Source of the DNA: Candidatus Hydrogenedentota bacterium
GTDB taxonomy: Bacteria > Hydrogenedentota > Hydrogenedentia > Hydrogenedentales > SLHB01
DNA: 64,000 nt
Direction: 5' to 3'
NCBI GenBank assembly: GCA_016215105.1
Contig: JACRLJ010000052.1
Span: forward strand, 3,847 to 67,846
Shown: positions 40,496 through 50,071 of the stretch, one piece after another
How the letters are laid out: each line of letters starts with the position of its first letter
Numbering within the stretch: the stretch's first letter is position 1
Notes under the pieces: generated by a model
Databases searched by the model: none
The model's input: the letters and a program-made list of their open reading frames with translations, nothing else
Told to the model about the DNA's origin: nothing
Program-made: the position numbers and the translations under genes

Positions 40496-42076
40496 CTAGC
40501 CGCGCGGGGATTGACGCCTGATGCCGAGCTTTCTCATGCGTCCGCGCAGCGTGCTGGGGTTGATCCCCAGGATGGCCGCAGCGCCGCGGGAACCCTCGAT
40601 CATCCACGCGCTCGTTTCGAGTGTTCGAACGATATGGGTCCGCTCTACTTCATCCAGCGAATTCCCAGTCGAGACGGCTACGTCTTGCGGCGTTCTGAGC
40701 ACACCTTCCGTCCGCGGCCCCACCGAGGCAAGAGTTTCAGATAGACGTAACTCAGAACCAGGGCTTGTAATCACGGCTCGCTCTACTATGTTCTCAAGTT
40801 CGCGGACATTTCCGGGCCAGTCGTAGGCCATGAAATCATTGATGACGGATGCGTGAATCGCAGTGATGGACTTTGCATGGCGCCGAGCGAATTTTTCGAC
40901 TAGATGCTTTAGCAGGGCGGAAATGTCATCCTTGTGTTCACGGAGCGCTGGCAGCGCAAGAGGAATCAAGTTGAGCCGGTAGTAGAGGTCTTTTCGAAAG
41001 GCGCCTTTCTGGGCCTCTTCGGCGAGATTACGATGGGTGGCGGCGATGATACGGACGTTGACCCGAGTAGTATGCGGGCTACCAACGCGCTCGAATTCGC
41101 CATCCTGTACGGCGCGCAGAAGTTTCGGCTGGAGTTCAAGCGGAAGGTCACCGACCTCATCCAGGAAGAGCGTGCCTCCGTCGGCCAGCTCGAAACGGCC
41201 AATTTGGCTCGTAGCGCCCGTGAACGAGCCTCGCTCTCTTCCAAAGAGTTCGCTTTCGACCAGCGTGGCTGGAAGCGCCGAACAGTTGACTGTGACGAAC
41301 GGCTTGTCCTTTCGAGGACTTCGCTTATGAATTGCCTTTGCAACCAAACCTTTTCCCGTGCCGGTCTCGCCGCACAGCAGCACTGTCGCGTCGGTGGGCG
41401 CCACTTGTTCCACCCGGAACAAGACTTGGCGCATTGCCGCGCTATCCCCAACAATATCGTCGAATGTGGCTCGTCCCGCGAGTTCGCTTTGCAGGTAAAC
41501 ATTTTCGGCGGCAAGCCGATTCTTGAGTTTTTCGAGTTCTTCCAGCGCACTAGATAGCATTGCTTCCGCCTGCTTTCGCTCGTCAATTTCATTTTCCAGT
41601 TGGAGCATCTTTCGCTCCAGACGGCGGAACAAGGCCTCGTTGTACTTCTGGAGTACTCCAACTTCAGCGACCGGGGCAGAGTCCGCCTCGGCGTTCATGA
41701 CGTGATCGCTCTCGACGAGAGTCTCCTGGATAATCTGAAGCAGTACTTCGGGCTGCTGGGGCTTCGTAAGAAAGCGGTCCGCTCCAAGACTCTTCGAGAA
41801 TTCTTCGTCCTTGATGTCAGTGTAGGTGGCCGTGTAGAAGATGAAAGGGATCGATCTCAGACGCGCGTCCGATTTCCACTGACGATAAAGCTCGAATCCA
41901 TCCATCACCGGCATCAGGATGTCTGCAATGATCATGGCGGGAGGGGCGTTGCGCGCCAGTTCGAGCGCGACGGCGCCGTTTTCGGCGGACGCTACCTCGA
42001 AACCGTGAGACTTCAGAAGCGTCTCCAGTAGATACAGGTTCTGGCGCTGGTCGTCTACGATCAGGATGCGGGTCAT
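40496..42076 (-). CDS. Sigma-54-dependent response regulator (REC, AAA+, Fis HTH)
   Basis: ILIVDD..ADILMP; GETGTGK; ESELFG..GSFTGA; GGTLFLDEV; WPGNVRELEN; AAAILGINPSTL. Confidence 0.95.
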   Translation of the reverse strand: MTRILIVDDQRQNLYLLETLLKSHGFEVASAENGAVALELARNAPPAMIIADILMPVMDGFELYRQWKSDARLRSIPFIFYTATYTDIKDEEFSKSLGADRFLTKPQQPEVLLQIIQETLVESDHVMNAEADSAPVAEVGVLQKYNEALFRRLERKMLQLENEIDERKQAEAMLSSALEELEKLKNRLAAENVYLQSELAGRATFDDIVGDSAAMRQVLFRVEQVAPTDATVLLCGETGTGKGLVAKAIHKRSPRKDKPFVTVNCSALPATLVESELFGRERGSFTGATSQIGRFELADGGTLFLDEVGDLPLELQPKLLRAVQDGEFERVGSPHTTRVNVRIIAATHRNLAEEAQKGAFRKDLYYRLNLIPLALPALREHKDDISALLKHLVEKFARRHAKSITAIHASVINDFMAYDWPGNVRELENIVERAVITSPGSELRLSETLASVGPRTEGVLRTPQDVAVSTGNSLDEVERTHIVRTLETSAWMIEGSRGAAAILGINPSTLRGRMRKLGIRRQSPRG

Positions 42077-42465
42077 GTTATCTTTCCCCGGTCGGGCACG
42101 GCTTGAAGGTAGTGGACAACTTGCGCCATGAATGTATCGGGATTGATAGGCTTTTCGATGTAGCCATTGCACCCCGCTTCGATTGCCCGCTCCCGGTCTC
42201 CAGCCATGGCAAATGAAGTCAGCGCCACGATGGGAACGTTGCCTAGACTGGAATTCGTTCGCAGGCGTCTCGCGACCGCGTATCCGTCCATGATGGGCAA
42301 CTGGATGTCCAGAAGGATGAGGTCCAGCGACGACCTCGCCGCGATACCGATACCTTCCTGGCCTTCCCGCGCTTGGAGAACTTCATAGCCGTTGGTCTCC
42401 AACAAGAAGGTGACGAGATAAAGATTCTGTTCGTTATCCTCGATATAGAGAATCCGTCCACTCAT
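42073..42465 (-). CDS. Single-domain response regulator (DivK/CheY-like)
   Basis: ILYIEDNEQN..DLILLDIQLP..ALTS..YIEKPI. Confidence 0.93.
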   Translation of the reverse strand: MSGRILYIEDNEQNLYLVTFLLETNGYEVLQAREGQEGIGIAARSSLDLILLDIQLPIMDGYAVARRLRTNSSLGNVPIVALTSFAMAGDRERAIEAGCNGYIEKPINPDTFMAQVVHYLQAVPDRGKIT

Positions 42466-45400
42466 GACGTGCCCCCTCCGATGGGAATCGTGAAGCTGAC
42501 TACAGTACCCCGTCCCCATTCGCTTTCCGCCCAGATCTTCCCGCCGAGCCGTTCGACAAGTTTCTTGCAGATCGAAAGACCGAGTCCAGTTCCTTCATAT
42601 TGCCGCGAGATCAGAGAGTCAACTTGCTGAAACGGCTTGAACAACAACTCCATGTTTTCCGGTCTGATTCCAATTCCAGTGTCAACGATTTGTATGATAA
42701 CGTGTCCGTCCCGAGGCTCGCATTCTGTCCGAATGCTACCACGTTCGGTGAACTTGATGGCGTTGCTCAGCAGATTGAGCAGGACTTGTTCGACGCGCCG
42801 CCGGTCACTGGTTACGCAACTCACTTTCGGGTTGACAATGGCGTCTAGCGCCAACTTCTTCTTTTCGGCAAGGGGCCTGGTTGTCTGAATAACCCTATCG
42901 ATAAGGGCCCGGAGGTCGAATGAGTCCATGGAAATGTGCAACTGCCCGGCCTCGATCTTTGAAATATCCAAGATGTCGTTGATTAGGCTTAGCAGATGCC
43001 CCGAACTGTCCCGCACCATGCCTAGTTGCTTCTTCTGTTCCGGGTTCAATGGGCCCACGAGTTCCTGATGTAATATCCCCGCGAAACCGATAATCGAATT
43101 CAATGGCGTACGCAATTCGTGAGACATGGTAGCCAAGAACGCTGATTTTAGCCGGTCAGCGGCTTCGGCTTCATCTTTGGCTAACGCCAATTCGCTCATC
43201 GTGGTGCGGAGCTTCTCCTCCAGACGTTTGCGTTCGGTAAGGTCAAACACAGTCGTCCGGCTCATGACGTAATCACCCGCCGAATTCTTGATTGCAGTGG
43301 AGTTGACGACGACTGGCAGCAAAGAGCCGTCCTTTCGGACAATCGTGAACTCGACGTCCTTGGCCCAACCACGCTCTTTGAATTCGGAGAAACTCGTGCA
43401 AAATGCCTTGCGGCTTTCCGCAGTCATAATGTCACCAAATTTCTTATTCTGTTCTATCTCCTCGCGAGAGTATCCCAGCCATCGCAGTTCCGTATCGTTA
43501 ATATGAATGAACGTTCCGTCACCGTCCAGCGAATGATATCCGCAAGGGGCATGATCGTACAGATCGTGTATGGTATCCGCATATTCCTGGAGTTTCTTCT
43601 CGGCAAGCCTGCGCTCGACAAGTTCACGCTGCAATTGCGCGTTAATGTTGTCCAACTCAGCGGTTCTCGCCCGAACCATTTCCTCCAGGTGGCCTCGGTA
43701 TCGCGCCAACTCATCCTCGGCGCGCTTCTGGTCGGTAATATCCCAGAATATCCCGAGCACCCCGATTACCGTTCCCGCTGAATTGCGAACGGGCGCTTTT
43801 GTTGTGTGAATCCATCGCTCTTCTCCATCCAGGAGGTATATTTCCTCAACTTCGGCAAGCTGTCCGCTGGTGATGACTGCCTGATCGTCCTTGCGGTAAT
43901 TCTCTGCAAGCTCTATCGGAAAGAAATCAAAATCCGACTTTCCCGCGATACTGTCGGGAGAGAGCTTCAAGTCTGCGGCAAACCGCTCGTTGCAGGAGAC
44001 GTAGCGAAGCTCGCAATCCTTGATGTAGATGCGCTGCGGTACGTTTTCGACAAGGTTCCTATACTTAGACTCACTTTCACGCAGCGCTGACTCCGTCCGT
44101 GCCCGCATCTGAATCTCTTCTCGCATTGAGGTATTGGCTTCGGTGACTTCACGAGTGCGCTCCGCAACCAAGTACTCAAGATTCTCCAGGGTTGTCCTTA
44201 GCGTTTCTTCTGCATTCTTTCTGTTGGTGATGTCGGTCGCGACGCCTTTGATATCGACCACTCGGCCGTCTTCAAACGACGCATGACACGACACGCGCAG
44301 CCACTGAATCACGCCGCAGCGGGCTACAAAGCGGTACTCGTCACTAAGATCGCCTTGCCGGGCCAAATTGGCAAGGTGGTCCTGAAAACGCGCGCGATCC
44401 CGCGGGTCCATAAGATTGGAGACCGGTTGTCCAACGACATCACTCGGGCAATATCCAAGCACGCGTTCGATTCCCGGGCTAACGTAAGCAATAATCGCTT
44501 CAGGCGATAGAGAAAAGATGATTTCGCTGATCGTGTCCAGGATAGTACGGTGTTTTGTTTCTGACTCTGCCAGCAGTCTGTGTTTTCGGACCCAGGCGGC
44601 GCTCAATGCGACAACGACGAGCGCCAGTCCTCCCACGGGAAGGTAGAATGCAGGAGAACTCCAGAAAGGCCCCAGGACTTCGAATGATACCTCGGACGGA
44701 ACGACTTGCGTGTTTCTGTCGAGATTCACGGCGCGCAATTGCAGGGCATAGCGGTCGGGCGCTAGCCGGGGCGCGACAACCACGGTCTCAGCGCTCCAAG
44801 GGGACCAGGCGGACCAGGAGGACGCAGCCAAACTGTCCTTTTCAAGCAGGATACGCCACGAGAACCGCAAGTCCGCGTCTTCGGTCAGGTTCCACTTGTC
44901 CTTGCCAGAAAACTTGAAGATACCGCGATCACCCGGCGCCACCGACTTTGGGGAATGCTCAATCTTTGGCGCCGGACAGCCCGGATTGGGCCGGTAGCGA
45001 AAAGGGCCTGCCCCCGCGACGAAGGCCCACACCGTTCCCTCGGGATCTTCCCCCAAGTAGCGGACCCGTCCCTCGGCGATACCGCTTTCCGGTCCGTAAT
45101 CCAGCCACAAGCCATCCATATAGGATGAAATTCCGGAGCCGCGGTGTCCCGTCCAGATCATACCGTTCTGACACTGCAAGAGCGCGGAGAGCTGGCTGAA
45201 TGAAGCGCCTTCGAACGAACATACTCGTCTGGGGTGGTCGTCGCTGAATGAGAGTATTCCGAGATCGGCGATGCCCAGTAGCACGGTGTCGTCTTGGGCT
45301 TCAGTAATCACCTCTAGGGATCTCGACTGTTTGGCGAGTGGCCCCTCTCCGAGCGAGGTCCAAATTCCACCCTTGCATCGCTCGGCGTCTTCTGGCCAAA

Positions 45401-46880
45401 TTGCCCACAGCGTTCCCGAGTGATCTTCCATCAAAGAGCTTGGACTGTCTATCGGGTGCTCGCGAATGCTGGACCATGCGCCGTCGGTGAACTCATAGAT
45501 GTGTCTAGAGCCGCACAGGAACAAGCGCCCCGTGGGACCGCAATACACACTGGGAGTACTTTCAAGATGTGGCAGAGTCAGTGAGCGTAACGCAGTACTC
45601 GAACCGAGGGATACTTCGACCAATCGTTCCTTGAACAACACCCAGCACCTATCATCACGCGGGCGGCTCATGCCGAGGCACACTTCTCCCCTTTCACCCA
45701 AGGAAACGAGGCTTTTCCAGTGATTCTCTTCCCAGCGGTATATCGTTCCCCCGATATCGACGGTTACCGGCGAGAACTCTGGTTCGGCATAGATGCAGAT
45801 CGAAACGATGGACGCCCCTTTTTCGTCGGAGTTGCACAAACTCCAGACGGTATCCGTTATCCGGCATGCGCCGGACCGTGTACCCACCCAGACTTCGTTA
45901 GGACCAGTGCATAGTATCGAGTTCACCAAACCGACGTCGGCCTTGGAATTTGGACCTACGCTTCGCCATCCCCATCGCCCGTCATAAGAGCGCAAGCCCT
46001 TATCCGTTCCGACCCATAGGGTATCCCTGGTTCCAGCTCCTAGAGACGTGATGGTCTCGCCCAACCCGTGAATCACCGTTCGTTGGCCGTTCTCGTACCG
46101 AACCAAGTCCCTGCCCCCCGCGGCCCAGACGGCGCCGTCGGTAGTCCGAGTCAGAGTTAGCCCATGCATCCGTTCCTCGGCTTCCTCCCACACGAGGCGC
46201 CAATCATCCGCGCCATACGTCACGATGCCCACGTCACGAAGACCTACCCAGACTTCTTTGTTTGGCAGTGGAAGCACATCTGTAATGCTGGGGCTACTGG
46301 CGAAGCGCTCCAATCCCGGCACAACGGACCACACCCCGTCGGGATCCGCGCCCGGCGCCGTAAGTGAAAAAGGGGCATACTGCGGTGAACTTGGAGCGAA
46401 TTGAACAATTTGCGATCTGGCCGTGATAAACCAGATGGCGCCGTTGGATAGCTGGCAAGTTTGAAAGATGGACGGTCTATCCAGTCCCGGAAGTCCAGTA
46501 CTGACGATGCGCCATTGCCCCGCGTTGAAATAGGCGATACCCTCTGAAGAACCGCACCAGAGTCGGTTTCCAACGTCAAGGAGCAATGCCCGAACGTCGT
46601 TTGTGGGCAACCCGCTCTCTTCTTGATACGAAGTCCACGTATAGCCATCCGCCCGTGCGATTCCCCGTCCCCAGCATGCGAACCAGACATTTCCATCGGG
46701 CGTCTTCGCGATGCTTCGAACGACCTCTCCCGCCAGACCGTCGCTCGGCAAGAATACCTGGACGTGTTTGGAAAAGTCGGCCTGAATAGCTGATTCCGCG
46801 CCGAGACTAACTTGGGAAATGAGTTGCGCCAAGAGTAACACTAGGCCGAAGCGAAGCATACTGCTGTCTTCAGGGTGCAT
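42462..46880 (-). CDS. Sensor histidine kinase: extracellular beta-propeller (Reg_prop/Y_Y_Y-like), TM, three PAS domains, HisKA, HATPase
   Basis: DGLAGEVVRSIAKTPDGNVWF repeats; FLATMSHELRTPL; NLLSNAIKFT; DTGIGI; GTGLGL. Confidence 0.93.
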   Translation of the reverse strand: MHPEDSSMLRFGLVLLLAQLISQVSLGAESAIQADFSKHVQVFLPSDGLAGEVVRSIAKTPDGNVWFACWGRGIARADGYTWTSYQEESGLPTNDVRALLLDVGNRLWCGSSEGIAYFNAGQWRIVSTGLPGLDRPSIFQTCQLSNGAIWFITARSQIVQFAPSSPQYAPFSLTAPGADPDGVWSVVPGLERFASSPSITDVLPLPNKEVWVGLRDVGIVTYGADDWRLVWEEAEERMHGLTLTRTTDGAVWAAGGRDLVRYENGQRTVIHGLGETITSLGAGTRDTLWVGTDKGLRSYDGRWGWRSVGPNSKADVGLVNSILCTGPNEVWVGTRSGACRITDTVWSLCNSDEKGASIVSICIYAEPEFSPVTVDIGGTIYRWEENHWKSLVSLGERGEVCLGMSRPRDDRCWVLFKERLVEVSLGSSTALRSLTLPHLESTPSVYCGPTGRLFLCGSRHIYEFTDGAWSSIREHPIDSPSSLMEDHSGTLWAIWPEDAERCKGGIWTSLGEGPLAKQSRSLEVITEAQDDTVLLGIADLGILSFSDDHPRRVCSFEGASFSQLSALLQCQNGMIWTGHRGSGISSYMDGLWLDYGPESGIAEGRVRYLGEDPEGTVWAFVAGAGPFRYRPNPGCPAPKIEHSPKSVAPGDRGIFKFSGKDKWNLTEDADLRFSWRILLEKDSLAASSWSAWSPWSAETVVVAPRLAPDRYALQLRAVNLDRNTQVVPSEVSFEVLGPFWSSPAFYLPVGGLALVVVALSAAWVRKHRLLAESETKHRTILDTISEIIFSLSPEAIIAYVSPGIERVLGYCPSDVVGQPVSNLMDPRDRARFQDHLANLARQGDLSDEYRFVARCGVIQWLRVSCHASFEDGRVVDIKGVATDITNRKNAEETLRTTLENLEYLVAERTREVTEANTSMREEIQMRARTESALRESESKYRNLVENVPQRIYIKDCELRYVSCNERFAADLKLSPDSIAGKSDFDFFPIELAENYRKDDQAVITSGQLAEVEEIYLLDGEERWIHTTKAPVRNSAGTVIGVLGIFWDITDQKRAEDELARYRGHLEEMVRARTAELDNINAQLQRELVERRLAEKKLQEYADTIHDLYDHAPCGYHSLDGDGTFIHINDTELRWLGYSREEIEQNKKFGDIMTAESRKAFCTSFSEFKERGWAKDVEFTIVRKDGSLLPVVVNSTAIKNSAGDYVMSRTTVFDLTERKRLEEKLRTTMSELALAKDEAEAADRLKSAFLATMSHELRTPLNSIIGFAGILHQELVGPLNPEQKKQLGMVRDSSGHLLSLINDILDISKIEAGQLHISMDSFDLRALIDRVIQTTRPLAEKKKLALDAIVNPKVSCVTSDRRRVEQVLLNLLSNAIKFTERGSIRTECEPRDGHVIIQIVDTGIGIRPENMELLFKPFQQVDSLISRQYEGTGLGLSICKKLVERLGGKIWAESEWGRGTVVSFTIPIGGGTS

Positions 46881-47284
46881 GCCCTATGCCTTCCGAAAGA
46901 GTCGCGCTATCGCGCATATACGCCAAGAAGAACTCTTATGTGCACGGCGATGAACATCCCTTCCTGTTGTCCGTAGAAAACACCGCGTACAATTCCCCGA
47001 AGGCCAATCTGGGATGATTTGGTGCTTCCGGCCCCAAGTATCCCCACATCGCGGGGACTCGTCAAGTACTATCCAGACCCGCAACCGGGTCGAAAAGACA
47101 CGGATACGTCACAGCGGCGGCGTCATGACAGGCAACTGGAGTGGCCAGATTGTTGATATTCCAGAAACAGGAGTCGTCCCGGCGGTACGCCCAGGAGCGC
47201 AGATACATCGAACGCGACGATAGGGAGGATGAGAAAGAAGTGACCGACGGTTAGCTTTGTAGTTCTTCTCGCCAACAGGTTGTG

Positions 47285-47331
47285 CGTGGTGGAGGTGAGG
47301 GGGATCGAACCCCTGACCTCTGCATTGCGAA
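47285..47331 (-). repeat. att site: duplicated 3' half of tRNA-Ala
   Basis: Identical 47 bp to 62422-62468 (CGTGGTGGAGGTGAGG...TGCATTGCGAA). Confidence 0.97.
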
Positions 47332-47428
47332 TGTGATTCTACGCGAAATCGAGCGAAAACCAACCACCGTTGCCGCCGGGTAGAATCCCCTAATTTCCTA
47401 GGTAATTAACGTGATTTCTGCTTTTCGC

Positions 47429-47483
47429 TTGACTTCTTAGCAAATATCCGAATATAATACGCCTTGGTCACAGCGTGGTCACA
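47429..47483 (+). promoter_or_regulatory. Integrase promoter and putative arm-type integrase binding sites
   Basis: TTGACT-18nt-TATAAT; TGGTCACA at 47465 and 47476. Confidence 0.7.
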
Positions 47484-47513
47484 ATCCAACCCCAACCACT
47501 GAGGGAGGGAACC

Positions 47514-48839
47514 ATGAAAGCAAAACTGGTACGCCGAACGGTTGACGCCCTAAAGCCCGGCAAGGAGCGGTATGACGTGTTTGACTCTGCGCTGCCCGGC
47601 TTCAAGTTGCGGGTCTCGCCGACCGGGAAGATGGTCTACCTGCTTCGGTTCAAGAGCCCCAACACTGGGTTGTGGACCCAGATGACCATTGGGGATGCGG
47701 CCGGCATAACCCCGGAGCAGGCGCGCAACGCGGCCAAGGCCTCACTTCGTATCGTTGCAGAGGGGCGCGACCCATTGGTTGAGAAGCGCGCGAAGCACGC
47801 CGAAGCTGCGGCCATGCCAACTCTCGGCGAATTCCTGGACGGAGAGTACGGGGTCGAGGTAAAGCATTCACGTAAGTCCGGCGAGGCCACCGTGGCGCGG
47901 TTGAAATCGACATTTAAGTCCTTCCTCAAGCGCCCTCTGAGCGGGATAGTACTGCGCGATGTTGAGAAGTGGCGCGTTGACCGGCTTAAGGACGGACGGG
48001 CGGTTACCACCGTCAACCGCGACGCGGCGGCGTTAAGAGCGTGTCTTTCCAAAGCGGTGGACCGGGACATTCTGCCGGCGCACCCGCTGCGCAAGTTCAA
48101 GCTGATGAAGATTGACCGGGCGCCGAAGGTCCGGTACTTGGGGACGATGACTGTTGACGGCAAAGAGGTGAGCGAGGAAGAAGCGTTGATGAAGGCCCTG
48201 GACACCCGCGAGGCCGAAATGGCCAACAAACGCGAGAACTACAACGTCTGGGCGCAGGAACGGGACTACCCGGAGCGGCCAAATCTGACGCACGCTGCGT
48301 TTTCCGACTACCTCAAACCGTTGGTTCTGACGCTGGTCCACACGGGCATGCGCCGCGGGGAAGCGTTCAATCTGGAATGGAAGGATGTGGATCTCGAGGC
48401 CCTACACCCGGCGCTGACGGTTCGTGGCGAATCTGCGAAGTCCGGGACGACCCGCGTTATCCCGCTGAACACCGTCGCGGTGGACGTCTTGAAGAAGTGG
48501 CGAAAACAAACGGGTGGCGTGGGGCTGGTGTTCAGGAGCCCCAAGGGCGGCGGCCGTATGGACAACGTTCAAACCGCATGGGAATCCCTCTTGACGGACG
48601 CGGGCATAAAGAACTTCCGCCTTCACGACTTGCGCCATACATTCGCGTCCAAGTTGGTCATGGCGGGCGTAGATCTGAACACCGTGCGGGAACTGTTGGG
48701 CCACGGCAGCATCGCCATGACTTTGAGGTACGCGCACCTGGGGCCACAGACGAAGGCGCTGGCCGTCGAGAAGATCGTAGCGTCGCGCAAGGCCGGTACA
48801 GTGATACCATTCACGGAGCCAAAGAAGCAGAATCGCTAG
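47514..48839 (+). CDS. int: Tyrosine integrase with N-terminal arm-DNA-binding domain
   Basis: VFDSALPGFKLRVSPTG; HTGMRRGE; KSG; HDLRHTFAS; LLGHGSIAMTLRYAH. Confidence 0.95.
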   Translation: MKAKLVRRTVDALKPGKERYDVFDSALPGFKLRVSPTGKMVYLLRFKSPNTGLWTQMTIGDAAGITPEQARNAAKASLRIVAEGRDPLVEKRAKHAEAAAMPTLGEFLDGEYGVEVKHSRKSGEATVARLKSTFKSFLKRPLSGIVLRDVEKWRVDRLKDGRAVTTVNRDAAALRACLSKAVDRDILPAHPLRKFKLMKIDRAPKVRYLGTMTVDGKEVSEEEALMKALDTREAEMANKRENYNVWAQERDYPERPNLTHAAFSDYLKPLVLTLVHTGMRRGEAFNLEWKDVDLEALHPALTVRGESAKSGTTRVIPLNTVAVDVLKKWRKQTGGVGLVFRSPKGGGRMDNVQTAWESLLTDAGIKNFRLHDLRHTFASKLVMAGVDLNTVRELLGHGSIAMTLRYAHLGPQTKALAVEKIVASRKAGTVIPFTEPKKQNR

Positions 48840-48853
48840 GATAGTCTTACACT

Positions 48854-48926
48854 CGCCGGGGCTAGGCTGATCCCCGAACACCGCGAACCCTACGCGGCTG
48901 CCCCGGCGCCAAATTCACCATAGGGG
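48854..48926 (+). ncRNA. Putative structured RNA downstream of the integrase (possibly int-alpA-like motif)
   Basis: CGCCGGGGC / GCCCCGGCG closing stem enclosing TAGGCTGATCCCCGAA and hairpin CCGCG-AACCCTA-CGCGG; family name from memory, not searched. Confidence 0.5.
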
Positions 48927-48943
48927 CACGAAGGGAAGTGCGT

Positions 48944-49579
48944 ATGCCTCCGAAGAATTCAAAACCAACAGCGAAAAAGCCTCAAGTCAAATCACATACA
49001 CGCCAGCGCAAAAACGCACCCACCGACACCGAAGCCAAGTGCAACACTTTGAAAGCCGCGCTCGACGCTGAGAAAGTTGTGTCAGGCTTAGAGGTTGACG
49101 CGACCATGGTGGACGAGCGTACCCAACACCTTGTACGGGCGCGTCTGCAACTGGAAAGCGTCATCAGCTTTGTGCGTCATAGGATGTGGCCGATGGCAGT
49201 ATTGCGCCTACTTGACTTCACTGTGTCGGTAGCAGAGGCCGACCGGCTATTTGAAAGGGCATTGCTGTGGAATGATATCGAGGTGGGGGCTAAACAGCGG
49301 TTCAGTTCATTGAAGAAGTTAGTCGCGGCGAAGGAGGGAAAGCGGGCCAAGGTGGACGATCGACGGAAGAAATCCGTCCCCATGTGGTTGGATATAATGC
49401 AGACGAGGTTTAGGAATCAACGGAAGAGCCGTACAAAGGCCGCAAGGGTAGTGGCCAAAACGCTTAACAAGGAGTCTGGCGCAGACGAGAAGAAGGTATC
49501 CTTCTACTCCATCATCAGCGATGTGAAGAGTGAAGGGCGGTGGGATATTGTCGCGCCTACGAACGTAGTGACGCCGTAA
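48944..49579 (+). CDS. Hypothetical basic protein (island)
   Basis: Open frame with RBS between int and xis; no recognised domain. Confidence 0.6.
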   Translation: MPPKNSKPTAKKPQVKSHTRQRKNAPTDTEAKCNTLKAALDAEKVVSGLEVDATMVDERTQHLVRARLQLESVISFVRHRMWPMAVLRLLDFTVSVAEADRLFERALLWNDIEVGAKQRFSSLKKLVAAKEGKRAKVDDRRKKSVPMWLDIMQTRFRNQRKSRTKAARVVAKTLNKESGADEKKVSFYSIISDVKSEGRWDIVAPTNVVTP

Positions 49580-49847
49580 AAAAACCGTTCCAGCGCCGTA
49601 AGTACGGAACCGGAACGGGAAAAAACGGGACCACCCGCACCCAATCATACGAATAACCGATCTGGTTCCCGCGAAAGCGGGAACGGTGTGTATGGTTCCG
49701 AAATGAGAATATCCTATAGGTAGTTCCCACAAAAACGGGAGTATCCTACAGGAAACCCCCGTAAACAGCCACAAATCGCTATACATTCCCCGCGATATCT
49801 GTGATCCTAATGCGTCATTAGTTCACGACAGGAAAGGATCACAATCG

Positions 49848-50060
49848 ATGACGACCGAACGAAACGAACTTCCCGACACGCTCCGAATGGTTTCGCCTAG
49901 CGACGCCGCGAAGATCTTGAACGTGGCGCCAATCACCCTCGCCAAGTGGCGATGCACCAAAACAGGACCACAGATACCATATACGAAATACGGCCGCTAT
50001 GTGCGCTATAGTATTAGAGACCTAGTTCAGTTTCTTGAGTCCAACAAGGTCACGGGCTGA
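49848..50060 (+). CDS. Excisionase / AlpA-like HTH_17 protein
   Basis: SPSDAAKILNVAPITLAKWR..IPYTKYGRYVRYSIRDLVQFL. Confidence 0.85.
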   Translation: MTTERNELPDTLRMVSPSDAAKILNVAPITLAKWRCTKTGPQIPYTKYGRYVRYSIRDLVQFLESNKVTG

Positions 50061-50071
50061 CGGGGGTTCGC

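Noticed and set aside
47287-47331. Second tRNA-Ala gene
   Set aside because: Only the anticodon loop to CCA is present; it is the att duplication
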